64,000 bases of DNA from Octopus bimaculoides. Lineage: Eukaryota. The notes beneath the pieces were generated by a model. The model was not told the DNA's origin. It did not search any database and was given only the letters and a program-made list of their open reading frames with translations. Positions 49,181 to 63,572 of the stretch are shown piece by piece (position 1 is the first letter of the stretch; the number at the start of each line of letters is the position of its first letter). Location: contig NC_068990.1 in assembly GCF_001194135.2 (NCBI RefSeq), forward strand, positions 408,992 through 472,991, read 5' to 3'. A program made the translations under genes and the position numbers.

Positions 49181-50866
49181 CACCATGGTTTTTATCATCT
49201 GTCTTCCATACTGGCATGGGTTGGACAATTTGACAGGATCCAATAGGTCTCAGTACTACATTTTGCTCCAATGTAAGCTTGGATATGATTTCTATGGTTT
49301 GATACCCTTCTTAAAGCCAACCACTTCACAAAGTGTACAGGGTGCTTAGCTCACAAGAAAGATTAAGATCCCCATCAACCGAGTGGAACAACAGTAGAAG
49401 GGGGGGGGCAGTTTTATGTTAGGTGATGAAAGGCTAGAGTATATGTCTTCAACCACCCCCATCTCCAACAAAAGTCAATAAAACTGCTTTCTCACTAGTT
49501 GTCTTGAGAAAGGGCATAACTACCACAGATCATCCTTTGGTTTTGATGGTCTTTTTAGCAGAGGAAGGGCAGTCAAGGACTCAGAAATAGATAAGATGAA
49601 GGGAAGTTATCCTTAAATTGGAAACATGACCCAAGTGACTGTGACGGAGTGGAGGGACTCTGATAAAGGCATCCTAGGGCCAAGTGCTGCTGAATAAGAT
49701 AATGAAATATATCAACCATTTCAGGAACAATGCAGGTGTTAAACCAGATGATGAAATGGCCTTTGGTTCTTTGATATAAATTTCTTATTTTAAAATGATC
49801 TAAATTAAAACTTTCCATCCAAATTTCAGTTAATTTATGTTCCTAACACCAACTTGAAAAGAAAGTTATTTTACCAAATTCTTTATCCTGTTCAAAATTA
49901 ATTAAATAAAAGTAGCGTAATTCAACAGAAATTTGGTAACAAAAGGGTTAAACCTGCTAGTATAAGGACTAATATCCTCAGAGATTGAACCTCACATCAT
50001 CAGTTAACATCCATTTTCCAGGATGGCATGGGTTGGACAGTTTGACAGGAGCTGGATAGCAGGAGAGCTACACCAGGCTCCAGTTGTCTGTTTTGGCATG
50101 GTTTCTATGGCTGGACGCTCTTCGTAACGCCAACCACTTTACAGAGTGTATTGAGTACTTTTTATGTAACACTAGCATAGGTGTTATATACATGGCACCA
50201 GCTTAGGTGCTGATACATGGCATCAAATTGGATGCTTTGTATGTGGAACCAACATGGCAACAAGAGTGCTTTTTATATCCAGTCACTAAGTCTATATATC
50301 TCTAAAATAAATACACACACACAAATGCACATGGCTGTGGGTTCACCCTCATTGTACAGCACCTTGGGCAAGTATCTTCTACTATAGCCCCAGCATGATT
50401 AATGCCTTGGCGAGTGTACTTAGCACATAGAAACAGTGTGGAAGCCCATTTTGTGTGTGTCCCCCTCCAAACAGCTTTGACAACTTATGCTGTTTTGTTT
50501 ATGTACCTGTAACTTAGCAGTTCAGCACAAGAAACTGATAGAATAAGTACTCAACTAAAAAAAATAAGTATTAGGGTTGATTTGCTTGACTAAAACACTT
50601 CAAGTTGAAGCTCCAGCATGGCTGCAGTCTACACCAACTGTCAACATTTTTCTGTCCTAAAAAGAAAAAAAAAATGTGGTGGGGTGCCATTACATCATTG
50701 CCAGAATTTGATGTATGCACATTGCTTTCAATTTAAACAGACTTGGTTAATTAATACAACCTACTTTTTTATACTAGAGGGAGAGAGAGAAAGAATCGCT
50801 GACAAAGGGGAAGACAGGAAAGAAAAAAAAAAAGAAAGATAAACAGAGAAAAATAGGACATTTTAC

Positions 50867-50905
50867 CTTGAGTGTTCGGAATCGGCAAACCATGCTTATC
50901 AATTC
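50867..50905 (-). CDS. Candidate 39-nt internal coding micro-exon
   Basis: Acceptor TTATTTATTTATTTCTAG| and donor CAAG|GTAAAA. Length is 3n. Two frames are open: (G)IDKHGLPIPNTQ and ELISMVCRFRTLK. It keeps two CpGs in otherwise CpG-poor unique sequence. Confidence 0.5.
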
Positions 50906-51830
50906 CTAGAAATAAATAAATAATGACACACTTAAGATATAGCATGATATAGTTTTGACATGAATTATATATTCAACTCCATGCAAAACGAAAGTTATGT
51001 TCAGTACACACAAACACATGTCTGTACATTAGAGGCTTCTAAGATACAGAATTTACAATATCTATATTTTACATTTTCCCTCAATTTCATATAAACACAC
51101 AAAATTTGTTTAGATTATTTAAGTATACAGCAACACTACATACATATATGTACATACCTACATCTACACGTATATATAGATGCATATCCGGGTACAGGAC
51201 ATCAAAAAAACCTGGACAAAAAAGGAACAGGAACATAAACAAAGCACAAAAAACAGACTTTTTTTAACGGACAACAAACGGAATGAACACATAGGAAAAC
51301 AGACAAGCCACGCATGGAACTTTTCCTTCATCAGCTGCCTCTATTCTAAACTATATATATATATATATATATNNNNNNNNNNNNNNNNNNNNNNNNNNNN
51401 NNNNNNNNNNNNNNNNNNNNNNNNNNNNNNNNNNNNNNNNNNNNNNNNNNNNNNNNNNNNNNNNNNNNNNNNNNNNNNNNNNNNNNNNNNNNNNNNNNNN
51501 NNNNNNNNNNNNNNNNNNNNNNNNNNNNNNNNNNNNNNNNNNNNNNNNNNNNNNNNNNNNNNNNNNNNNNNNNNNNNNNNNNNNNNNNNNNNNNNNNNNN
51601 NNNNNNNNNNNNNNNNNNNNNNNNNNNNNNNNNNNNNNNNNNNNNNNNNNNNNNNNNNNNNNNNNNNNNNNNNNNNNNNNNNNNNNNNNNNNNNNNNNNN
51701 NNNNNNNNNNNNNNNNNNNNNNNNNNNNNNNNNNNNNNNNNNNNNNNNNNNNNNNNNNNNNNNNNNNNNNNNNNNNNNNNNNNNNNNNNNNNNNNNNNNN
51801 NNNNNNNNNNNNNNNNNNNNNNNNNNNNNN

Positions 51831-51904
51831 ATAGCCTCGGGTTGACCAAAGCCTTGTGAGTGGATTTGGTAGACGGAAACTGAAAGAAGCCAGTCATATA
51901 TATG

Positions 51905-51935
<31 letters not shown>

Positions 51936-52146
51936 ATATGTTTGTGTATCTGTGTTTGTCCCCCCAACATCGCTTGACAACCAATGCTGGTGTATTTACA
52001 TCCCTGTAACTTAGCGGTTCAGCAAGAGACCGATAGAATAAGTACTAGGCTTACAAAGAATAAGTCCTGGGGTCGATTTGCTCGACTAAAGGTGGTGCTC
52101 CAGCATGGCTAGTCAAATGACTGAAACAAGTAAAAGTAAAAGAGTA
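51831..52146 (+). mobile_element. SINE family C copy (5' part in gap), retaining several CpGs
   Basis: Close match to 11648-11948. Confidence 0.9.
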
Positions 52147-54479
52147 AATATTATGTAATTTTCCACCTCACAATAGTATATATGACCAAGGGAGCCTATA
52201 CAGGAGATGCTATTAATACAGTTTTACATCAATTTAATCTATTCAATTCTTTCCGTTTTTGTTTTATTGAAACTCTGTCTAATACCAGACATGAAGCCAC
52301 AAGCAAATTCAATTGATGACACACATAATATTGATCACAGTACTAGATGACAAAAGGAGTGAAAGGGAGAGCCAATTTCAATAAGGGTTCACACTCACAA
52401 TATAAAAGGATGTAACTAAGACTCATTAAGGTGTTTAGTTCAATATTAACAATTATGTGTAATAACCATTACCATGGCCTCATTAACAACCATTAGTGGT
52501 TTTTATATCATTAAGATGCTTTGTTTGACACTATAAATTCCAGTTACTCCACTCATACCACAACTAGATGCCGTTACTGTCTTATACACATTATCAACTG
52601 CTGTCACAATGTAAAAATACTCAAGAATCTTTACATCATTAAATCCTTTAGCGTGTAAACTGGCCATGTCCATCCAGCCCGAATATTCTGCCAATTTTAT
52701 GTTCAAACCAGTCAAACCCAGCCTCCTACACCCGCTCCACAGTGTCCTTCTAAAGCTAAACAATCACATCAAAATCTTGAAGCTACAAGATAATGCATGA
52801 TTAATTAAAACCATGTGAATAAATAAGCAGGACATTTGACAGAATGAAATGAATGCTAAAGCGTTATGGTATTTTGTTCAACCATGACAATTTTGCACAG
52901 CCACAACTGCTGCAACTAGATATCCTTAATGTTTTTGATATCATTAAGGTCATCAATTCTGTTAATCCAGTATTACATCATAAAAAATATTAAATATTAT
53001 ATCATTAAAGTAGTGCATTGCCATCACAATAAAGTGCATCTTGTGCATTCTTAGTGACTGCTGTCTCAAAGTGCATCTTATGCATTCTATGTAGTAGTAG
53101 ATGAATGAACAGAAGCACCATAGTATGAAGAAGATTCTTGGTCTTGTCTTGGCCAGGACTTGTAATACAACAACAACTACAATGTTTGTACCAGAAGAAA
53201 ATGTGTGCCAACCATTTTCAAGTACTCTCTAAAAATATTTGTGTACTTACAACAGGTTGGAAGTACACAAATATCATAAGGTTTGAGAGAACCTTTTTGC
53301 CATGTCCTGTTGAGGGCAGCAAATCTTTCTTTAGTGCTGGTGCAAAAAAGGAAAAAAGATAAAAAGCACCCAGTACACGCAGCAAAGCAGTTGTCATTAG
53401 GAAGGACATCCAGCCTTAGGAACAAAAACAAACAAAAGGAGGTATGGTCCACCAAAGAGGGAAGCAACTCCAACCAAAAACTGACTTGGATTGTGATAAT
53501 CCTTCCGACCCATGCCAGCATGAAAATGATAAAATGATAAGGTATTTTGTTTGTCACTTATCTGGAGCATTAGGGGTCACCTCAAAAACTGTTCCATAGT
53601 TTGTGACTGTGTCACATCCACACAGGATGCTAGAGAGGGAGCTGCATTTCCATTGGTTGAGTGTCTTCAATGTCACCCAATTAAGACATTTATACTTCAC
53701 CAGATTATATAGACTTTTACTTGCTGCTATTTTCATAATGGTTGAAGATGGTAGGCTGTTATTGTCCTCATCGCATGGGATTGTTCTTACCTCACTTGCT
53801 ATGGGTGTCTGCCTCAAGTGACACTGATGCTTGGCTAAACATACAATGCCTTTAATCTATTTGCAGCTAATGATGTCTCATCATACTAGCTGTATATAAC
53901 AATGACAAAGTACACATATTTGTGTAGCACTACATATGAAAATGGTCGATTTTGTCTGGTATATATAAAAAAAAAATTAATTTTAAGCTGAAGAAAATTG
54001 GTAAAAATTTTATGAAGCAAAAATGTCTGCTTTAAGTTTTTTAAAAGCCGAGTTGGATGTTATCTTGTGAATTATAATAGTGAAGAGAGATTTATGAAAT
54101 TTTTTATAAGTAGAATGCAGAAAATGATAAAAATTTTTTTAGATAAATGTAAACTTTTTTCACCAAGAATGATAGAAAATTTGATAAAATGAATGCTTAA
54201 AGATAATTGGAAAAAATTTACATTAATTTTTTTCATGTTAGCATAACTGGAATGGTTTCTGCATACTTGAATATTTTCATTTTATTGGAACAAGTAGTTT
54301 TACAGCTTTCTCATTCTATTGATAACTAACTGCCCCAAACCTGTTTGTCAGCCAAGGAAAACTGATAAAAGGTGGGTTCTGTGTTCATAACAAATAGCCA
54401 TGTAATCCTCTGATCCAAGACTGAAAATATTTTGTATTGAGTACTCAGCAATATAGTCAACACTCATAATCAAGACAAG

Positions 54480-54900
54480 CCCATCACAATCCAACATCAC
54501 CATTCAGTAACCCTAACCCTACTGCCACCAACCGTAACTCAACAACTACACCATCACATCACTCGACAATATCACCACCAGTACTAGTCAACACCTTCAC
54601 CCAAGAGCACCACCCACCATCACTCAACAACACAACCACAACCATTTCCACATCAAACAAGGGAGGTGGAAAAAGATATCAGTTAGGTTACTACAACCAG
54701 TACTGTCAACAACTCCTACCACCATCAGAATTGTCATCACCACCAAACCATGTATGTCAGTTATCACTACCACATCACAAACTTAACTACCAACATTATA
54801 CCAATGCCATCACTCACTATCTCCACCACTACCACCACCACCGCCACCACCACCGCCGCCACCGCCGCCACCATTATCAGAGCCATTAAATCACCATCAT
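54480..54900. repeat. C/A-rich (CAC/CAA)n low-complexity tract
   Basis: Directly visible. Confidence 0.8.
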
Positions 54901-57359
54901 AATCTCAAGAGTGACATCTATAAGGCAGTAGCCGGACAGTGTGCTTAAAAGCTCATTAGTGTGTATGCTGAATATGCCCCGTTTCTAAAGCAGCATGCAG
55001 TAGTCATAGTAACTGTGAACTGCTAGCTTCCGTTGCCAAGGTAACAACATTGGAAATATTGGTAGCTGGAAGTAGTCATGGCATAAAGTACGATTTTTTT
55101 TCCTTTTGTCTTATTCATATGTCTTTCTCTCACTCCCTTTCTGTCTCGCACACAATTCAGTATAACAAAATATATACTGTGTGTACATGCATACATATAA
55201 CATGGAAATTAGCTCTCTGGTGTATTATGATATATTCATGGGAAGTTTTGATGATGCAGACATCTACAAACTAGTAGCTTGTGCACACAATAGTAAAAAA
55301 AAAAAAAAAAAATCCAAGTACTCCCCCAGCATAGGATCATAAAAGATGATAATCTAGTTGTTTCCCATAATGTTTAAATATTTGTCGGAAAACACTAATC
55401 AGCATATTCATAAAATTTAACTTGAAATCTATAATCACGGCAAACTTAAAAATTCTTTCCTAGACTTAATTTGAACTCAATAACATCCCTATTAAAAACC
55501 AAATGAAGAAACATCATTCACAAAAACAGTCATCACTCTCAAGTGAATCCATGGTAACTATAGTGAATTTGCCTTTAAAAGCTGAAATATGTCGCAAACA
55601 TATTTTAACTAACCTAAAGTTCACTTGTGCCTAAACACTGTTGGCACTGATTTCTGATCTGGCAGTCCAAATGGTGCAAATCAGTTACTGTTATTGACTG
55701 GGTTTTAGCTAAAGCTATGGCTTTAAGTCTGTCCACAGTTGCAGCTCTTTTGTATTTCCCACTGATAATGGCCAAAGAGCTAGAAATATGCCTAGCAATA
55801 TGAGAGTGGGCAGCATTGGACAGATATGGTTTTTTTTTTTACACTTTTTAACCATAAGAGAATCTTTTCTCCACGGTTACATGTCACAAACGTATTCTAA
55901 CTAACCTAAAGTTTGCTTATGCCTAAATACTGCTTGGTGCCAATACTACTGTAACACGCACACACACACAACATTGCCTAAAGTACAAATCAAAGACTAA
56001 GCCTTCTCTTCAGATCTAAAAATTAATTTAGCTCTGAACAGCTGCTGGCTCCATATAAAGCACACTAGAATACTGTTCACACATCTAAAACAGGAGGGCA
56101 GCTGCGATTAGAAACACACAAACATGCTGTATGTTTGTGTGTGTAGTGTGTCTGTATATCTGTGTGTGCATGTGTGTGAACATGTGCATATATGCCCTTG
56201 CAGGTGTGTGTGTGTGTGTGTGTGTGTACATCTGCATATATGCCCTTGGTGTGTGTGTGTGCATGCACATCTGAATGTATGTATGTACCTGTGTTTATCT
56301 CCGAGTACATGTGAATGTTAACATTCTGCAATTTTGCACGAGAGAGTCAAGCAAAGTTCTTTACTTGAAAAATGGGCAAGGGCATTCCATTGTAAAACAG
56401 TGCATCCAATTGTATATATTCATCCATTATCCTCCAACCCATGCTAGCATGGAAAAACAAATGTAAAAGAGGAACAAGTGAAATTTTTTGAATATCTAGC
56501 ATAAGATAAAAATTGTGCTTCTCAACAATAGTTACATGACACAAATATACAAGGGAATGAATGTTTGCTCTACTTCAAAATAACTTGAAAAGATAACATT
56601 AAAAAAAAAAAAATGAAAAGGTATATTTGATAACCTTTACATAGAAAGAAAACGGGAATTGTGTTAATTTGTTATTTAACATTGCATACAACCATAATAA
56701 CAATTTCAAGACGATTCAGAGATATACTTTGGTATTAAAAGTGTCTTGGTGAATGGGTTGTTCGCATAGAATGAGTAAACCTTCTTATTGCATACAAACA
56801 GGCAAACGTACATAAATGTAACACAAAAGGTAAAATAATAAAAGAATTAAATTGAAAAAAAAACACAACAACCATTGTATAGTCAATGATCAGTTCTTTT
56901 ATGAATAAAATCAATTTGCACAAGATTATTTAGTCCAAAATAGGTTAACTGTTCCAAGATGATTTTATATCTCATAAATTGCTGCATAGCCTGAAGATTG
57001 CTTCAAGGCACCAGACATGTTACAAAATGCTGTCTGAGTAATTTTCATTGCACAAAATTTTTAGTAGCTCATAAATATATATATATATATACTGAGCTTA
57101 TTAAACAATAGTTATCTCTCACCAGATGGAGTACTTTTTCCTTGATCTTACCTTCATGGAACAGTATACTTACACACACACACACATATCTATATATCTA
57201 NNNNNNNNNNNNNNNNNNNNNNNNNNNNNNNNNNNNNNNNNNNNNNNNNNNNNNNNNNNNNNNNNNNNNNNNNNNNNNNNNNNNNNNNNNNNNNNNNNNN
57301 GAAAATTTACTGAAAATTTCAGCAGAATGGACATATTACTGTTGTGACAATATTTAAAA

Positions 57360-60231
57360 TCTTAGTGGGAAAGAAGAATACATGAAAAACACATTAAAAA
57401 AATGAAGATGGCACCAAAGTGGGAGAAGAAAGAATTGAATCTTCAGTTGCGAGCATGGACGATTGCTAGTGGCGATCCACCAAACAACATCATCACTGCT
57501 GCACTGAAAAACAATGGCTTTCACAGAACCATTGATCAGATCGAGCGGAAGAAGAATGAATTCATCCGATCCTATATGCTTATCAGACCACACATTGACA
57601 CCCTGGATGTCATAATCGAAAACTATTGTAGCAAGGCTGATAAGGATGGAGAAGATGAAAAGGAAAAAAAACACCCAGAAGTCTCTTTGATCCAGTGGTT
57701 CCTCAAAAAATGGATCCCCCCACCCTTGTGAACGACCAGGCAGAAAAGGATAGGGGAGCCAAGGAAGCAGCAACTAGAAGCTCCTCTGCGCCAGTGGTCC
57801 TACAAAGGAACGGAGCCCTCACCCCATTGGACAACCAGAGGAAAAAAGTTCCCAACCACAAGAAAAGGGAGGATGGAACAGAAACATAAACATAAAGAAG
57901 GAAAGGAAGAAAAAGGAAAAGGCAAAAATGATACAACCGAAACCAAAACCCCAACCCACCAACCAAAACCAGAAAACCCCATGGAGGATCCAATGCAATC
58001 CAAAACCCTAGAGGAGAGAGGAAATTTGGAAGGCACTCAAGAACCTGCAAGGCAAATGTTGGCATAGGGAAGATGGCCAAAACTACAGGGGCCTTAAGGA
58101 GAAAAACTTCCCGAGGAAAGACAACAAATGTCTCCAAGGAAAAAATTTACAAAAGAAGTGCACTCTCAGAGGTTATGCACAAGCCATTGGCTGTACATAG
58201 CACAAAAGATTGTGCAGCAGTTGACCTGGCTACACCAAGCACAAACAAGGAACCTTGCCCACCACTGCGCAAGACCACCACAGTCAAAAGACATGGGATG
58301 GCCTCCCCTAACGCCTGCACAGGCATCACGCCAATATCTTTACTAAATATTGAGGGCCCATTGCATCACAATGAAAGCAAAAATTTCTTTCCTGAGAGAC
58401 CTTGCTTGCATGCAATCAAGCTCAATGCATAGCACTCGTGGAAACTCACCTCAGCCCTGAAATAGAGGATGCAGAAGTATGCGTACCAAAATATACCATA
58501 CTGCGAACAGACAGAAAGGAAATGAGCCAGGGTGGAGTTGCTGTATACATCCGTGACGACCTCACACTCCAGGTCTTACTGTCATACTCAAATTCACTAT
58601 GTGACACTTTAATTGTATACATAAGACAACACAATATAGTCATATGCAATACATATTGCTCACCCGATGCTCCAAACAACATAGGCAAGTTTGAAGATTG
58701 CCTCACAAGAATTAAAGAAATCCTCATGCAACTGGAAAACAACGTGAGCATATTTCTTATGAGTGATTTCAACTTCCCCAACGTCAAATGTTCCGAAGGT
58801 CTCATACTCTCAGGAATGACTATTGCAAGCAAGCACAGTTGGAGTCCTTACTCAACCTCATCAATGCCCTATTCATGGAGCAAGCTGTACTCAGACCAAC
58901 TAGAGCAAATAACATTCTAGATCTCTGCTTCACGAACAATATGGACATCATTCATGATGTGAAAGTGACACTGACATTAGTCTCGGATCACAACATAATA
59001 GAGCTGTCTATGTTTGGGCCGAAAGTAACTAGAGGCATACAGCCTAAATCTCTCCAATCTGAACTTCCACAAAGCAACTGGAAATCGCTCCAAAAAGAGA
59101 TCCTCAGAGAGGACTGGCTGAAATGTCTCTCCATACCAGACATTGACATGAAACCAGAATGTTTCATGCCTGTTGTGCAAGCCATATGCCAGAAATATGC
59201 CCCAGAGCACAAGGCCAAAACAAATAGGAACAAGATTCCAAGGGAGAGGAAGATCCTCATGAGACAATGGAGAAAGGTTGCAAATCGATTCAACCAACAT
59301 CCCAAAAGTAGCAAAACATCCCGCCTAAAAATGACACTGATGGAGATAGAAAAAAGGCTGCAACAATCCTATGTGAAGGAGAGAGCAGACAAAGAAGCCT
59401 GAGTTATAAAAAACATTATGTCAAAACCAAAGGCCTTCTTTCATTATGCGAAAGAAACAGCCTCAGTATGCTGCAAGATAGGACCCCTCTTCCAAAAGGA
59501 TGGCTCCCTCACAGACAGTCCAACTAAGATCAGTGAGGTATACTGAATGACCAGTTCAAAAGTGTCTTTACCACCCCATTGGAACAGAGACAAGTGAATG
59601 AACCAGTGGACTTCTTTGCCACCTCCCCTATAACCAGCGAGGCAGTTACGATGGAATACATCAACATTAGCGAAGAAGATATACTACTAGCCATAGATGA
59701 CGTGGACACAAGCTCAACTGCTCGTCCTGATGGTTTCCCAGCAATCCTCCTCAAATCGTGTAAGCATGCCCTGGCAAAATCCCTCCAGATTCTCTTCCAG
59801 AGCTTTCTTGCAACTGGCAGACTGCCAAGCAAGCTGAAGGAGGGAATAATATATCCAATCGATAAAGGGAGAAGCAGAGCAGATGCCAAAAACTATAGGC
59901 CTATCTCTCTGACTTCACACATCAGCAAAGTCATGGAACGGATAGGCAGAGGGAAACTAATCACATTCCTTTAAGAAAATAACTTGCTGAGTGACACCCA
60001 GCATGGCTTTCGACCAGGTAGGAGCTGCCTGACCCAGCTCTTACAACATTATGACTGGGTGTTGGGGCAGTTACTCAACAACTCAAATGTGGATGCAATA
60101 AACCTTAATTTTGCAAAAGCTTTTGACAAAGTGGATCATGCTATGATATGCCACAAACTGCACGAGCTCAGCAGAGATGGAAAACTGAGAGTGATTACAT
60201 GACTTTCTGAAAGTTAGAAGCCAGGCAGTAG
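57360..60231 (+). mobile_element. CR1-like (Jockey-group) LINE: 5' region or ORF1 relic, endonuclease and N-terminal half of RT, running into a gap
   Basis: IALVETHL, RTDRKEMSQGGVAVYI, SDFNFP, PTRANNILDLCFTN, SDHNII, PDGFPAILLK, NYRPISLTSHISKVMERI, QHGFRPGRSCLTQLL, NFAKAFDKVDH. Frameshifts and stops are present. Confidence 0.92.
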
Positions 60232-61089
60232 NNNNNNNNNNNNNNNNNNNNNNNNNNNNNNNNNNNNNNNNNNNNNNNNNNNNNNNNNNNNNNNNNNNNN
60301 NNNNNNNNNNNNNNNNNNNNNNNNNNNNNNNNNNNNNNNNNNNNNNNNNNNNNNNNNNNNNNNNNNNNNNNNNNNNNNNNNNNNNNNNNNNNNNNNNNNN
60401 NNNNNNNNNNNNNNNNNNNNNNNNNNNNNNNNNNNNNNNNNNNNNNNNNNNNNNNNNNNNNNNNNNNNNNNNNNNNNNNNNNNNNNNNNNNNNNNNNNNN
60501 NNNNNNNNNNNNNNNNNNNNNNNNNNNNNNNNNNNNNNNNNNNNNNNNNNNNNNNNNNNNNNNNNNNNNNNNNNNNNNNNNNNNNNNNNNNNNNNNNNNN
60601 NNNNNNNNNNNNNNNNNNNNNNNNNNNNNNNNNNNNNNNNNNNNNNNNNNNNNNNNNNNNNNNNNNNNNNNNNNNNNNNNNNNNNNNNNNNNNNNNNNNN
60701 NNNNNNNNNNNNNNNNNNNNNNNNNNNNNNNNNNNNNNNNNNNNNNNNNNNNNNNNNNNNNNNNNNNNNNNNNNNNNNNNNNNNNNNNNNNNNNNNNNNN
60801 NNNNNNNNNNNNNNNNNNNNNNNNNNNNNNNNNNNNNNNNNNNNNNNNNNNNNNNNNNNNNNNNNNNNNNNNNNNNNNNNNNNNNNNNNNNNNNNNNNNN
60901 NNNNNNNNNNNNNNNNNNNNNNNACATATATATATACATATATATATGCACACATATATACAAATATATATACAGATATATATTTGAAGGTTTGGAGGTG
61001 ATGTACAGAAATTATATATAAAAAATTAAGGTACTCAGAAACCTGGATGTTTGTACATTTACAGATTTTTATTAATGTCACATATTAAA

Positions 61090-61481
61090 TGAAGCGCTTT
61101 TTACCTAGTCGTGTAGGTTTTTCAAATTGTTTTTCTATATATACATATATATATATATATACACATATATATACATATATGAACGTTATTATTGCACTTT
61201 CTTCTAACACTTCATTCATATATTTCTATACATATATGCTACATTCATATATTACCTTCAATAAATTAATCTCCATAAAGTTCACCTTTAAAATGCCACG
61301 ACAACCTCTATAGACGACTTCCGACAATCTCTCCCTCCTTCAACTGACAGTTTTTCTACATTTTTGTGATGGAAAATACACCTTTTGTGGCAGTTATAAT
61401 GAAATTGTTTTCTTATATCAGAGTAATAAGGCGTTTCTAAAGAACGTATTACCCCCGGGAATTACCGGGTACACTAGCTAG
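61090..61481 (+). mobile_element. Probable non-autonomous Helitron (3' terminus clear, 5' end uncertain)
   Basis: GC hairpin CCCGG-GAATTA-CCGGG followed by TACACTAGCTAG|T. CpGs are retained. Confidence 0.5.
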
Positions 61482-62143
61482 TATACACACACACACATAT
61501 ATAAATACATATATATACACATGTATATAAATATATATATATATATACGTACATATACAAATATATATATATAAATTCAATAATAGGATGAATTCTTTTA
61601 CAAGAATTCACCAAGTAGCTAGCGTGAAAAAAGCCTCATAAGGGAAAAATCCATCATTTATTCCCCAAAATATATTTATATAAATAATTATATAAATAAA
61701 TATACAAATATATATATATACATATATATATATACCTATATCTACACACATATATATACCTATATCTACACATATATTTTCCATAGCATCAGTAATATCA
61801 TTCTTTTTTTTTTTCCTTTTTTCGGAAATTAGTTTAGGCTTTGTTAGTTCTGGTGTGTCTCGTCAGTCATGCTAATGGAAGACTATAACAACAGAGTGGG
61901 AGTGAGAGACAATCAGAGATGTTAAATTCAGGCAAACTGTAATGAAAGGCTTTGCTCTGAAGCCTTGATATATTAATCAAAATGAGTCTGCAGATTTTTA
62001 ACATGTATTTAGTTTATCAGTTTCACACACATGCAGATATATAGATGTACTAGCCATACCTGTCACTATGCTGCTGGGTAGTGACCTAGTCAAGATGAAA
62101 TAGATCCTTCAGTAGAATCCTACACACATGTACATATGTATAC

Positions 62144-62217
<74 letters not shown>

Positions 62218-62809
62218 TAGTAAGAAGCTTGCTTCCCAACCACGTGGTTCTGGGTTCAGTCCCACTGCATGGTACTTGGACAAGTGTCTTTGACTATAGC
62301 CTTGGGCTAACTTAAGCCTTGGATGGCTTAGGTAGATGGAAACTGAAAGAAGCTGTGTTCCAGCATGGCTGCAGTCTTATGATGTTTTATCGAAGGGAAA
62401 GGTCACCGACATGGGTTGATATATCTTGTGTCACTAGAATCATTACTATTAAAATTGCAGATTGCTGGAACAGATGCTGCAATGCATCTTGCGCAATCCT
62501 TTGACAGTTTCAGCATTCCAGTGCCCAATATTGTTACTTTTTCACTGACCCTGTAAAAATAAAAAGCTAAGTAGACTTTGACAGGGTTTGAACTCAGAGA
62601 ATAAGAATAACTGTTGCTCTGTATTCTATGCAGTGCTCTGGCAACTCTACCAAACTGCCACTTCGAAAAAATAATTATTAGTAGAAGACAATGTACCCTT
62701 CAATGTTATATTGCAATTTCACAGTCTACTTTGCCATTCAGGCTTCCAAGAGTCAAGAGAATGAAGTATCCATAGAATTCATAACTGAACTGGTTTAGGT
62801 TTAGAGGTA

Positions 62810-63170
62810 TCTTTTACTTGTTTCAGTTATTAGATTGCAGCCATCCTGGGACACCACCCTGAAATATTTAGTCAAATAAATCAATTCCAATACTAATTAA
62901 GTTGATACTTATTGTATCAGTCTCTTTTGTCAAACTGCTAAATTACAGGGACATAAACAAATCAACACCAATGGTCAAGCATTGGAGATGGGGCAAACAC
63001 AAAAACACACACAACAGGCTTCCACACAGTTTACATCCACAAAATTTAGTCACAAAGCATTGGTGGGTCCAGGGCTATTGTAAAAAGCATTTATCCAAGA
63101 TACCTCGCAATAGAGTCAAACCCAAAGCCACATGGTTACAAAGTGAGCTTCTTAACCACACAGCCATGCT
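62810..63170 (-). mobile_element. Decayed SINE family C copy
   Basis: Collinear with family C, with CpG sites converted. Confidence 0.75.
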
Positions 63171-63572
63171 CGAACTCTTCAACCCTTTCATGAAACAAAC
63201 ACACACAATAAATAGACTATATATTTCAATTAGCTTTCTATATCATAAGACATTTTGAGAGGTTTAGTAAAAACAATCTCTGAAATTTAAAACATTGATG
63301 CTTCTTTAATACCAGATCAGCTGTGATTCAGCAGACCAATGATCAATGTTCTTCCAGCCTTGACCATCTATATCATCAGGCAGTGTATATATAAGACTAC
63401 ATTATCCAATATGTCCTTCCAAAAGAGATTTGACTGCTATTTCTAACAGTTTTACAGACCATGTAGAGGATATCTCGTTGACGTCAGTGTATATCTAGGA
63501 CTACATTATCCAGTGGGTCCTCTCTAAAGAGATTTGACTGCTATTACTAGTAGTGTTATTGACAATGTAAAT

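Noticed and set aside
53554-53817. 87-aa minus-strand ORF containing ILCGCDTV
   Set aside because: Only a faint resemblance to a transposon-associated GCDT motif. It has no ATG start and no supporting splice structure, so it cannot be called.
62400-62570. Strong minus-strand acceptor followed by a 46-codon open frame
   Set aside because: The acceptor derives from a decayed family A SINE, and there is no convincing donor.
63383-63572. ~105-bp tandem duplication
   Set aside because: Diverged duplicate within an ordinary dispersed repeat (related sequence at ~10090-10240).
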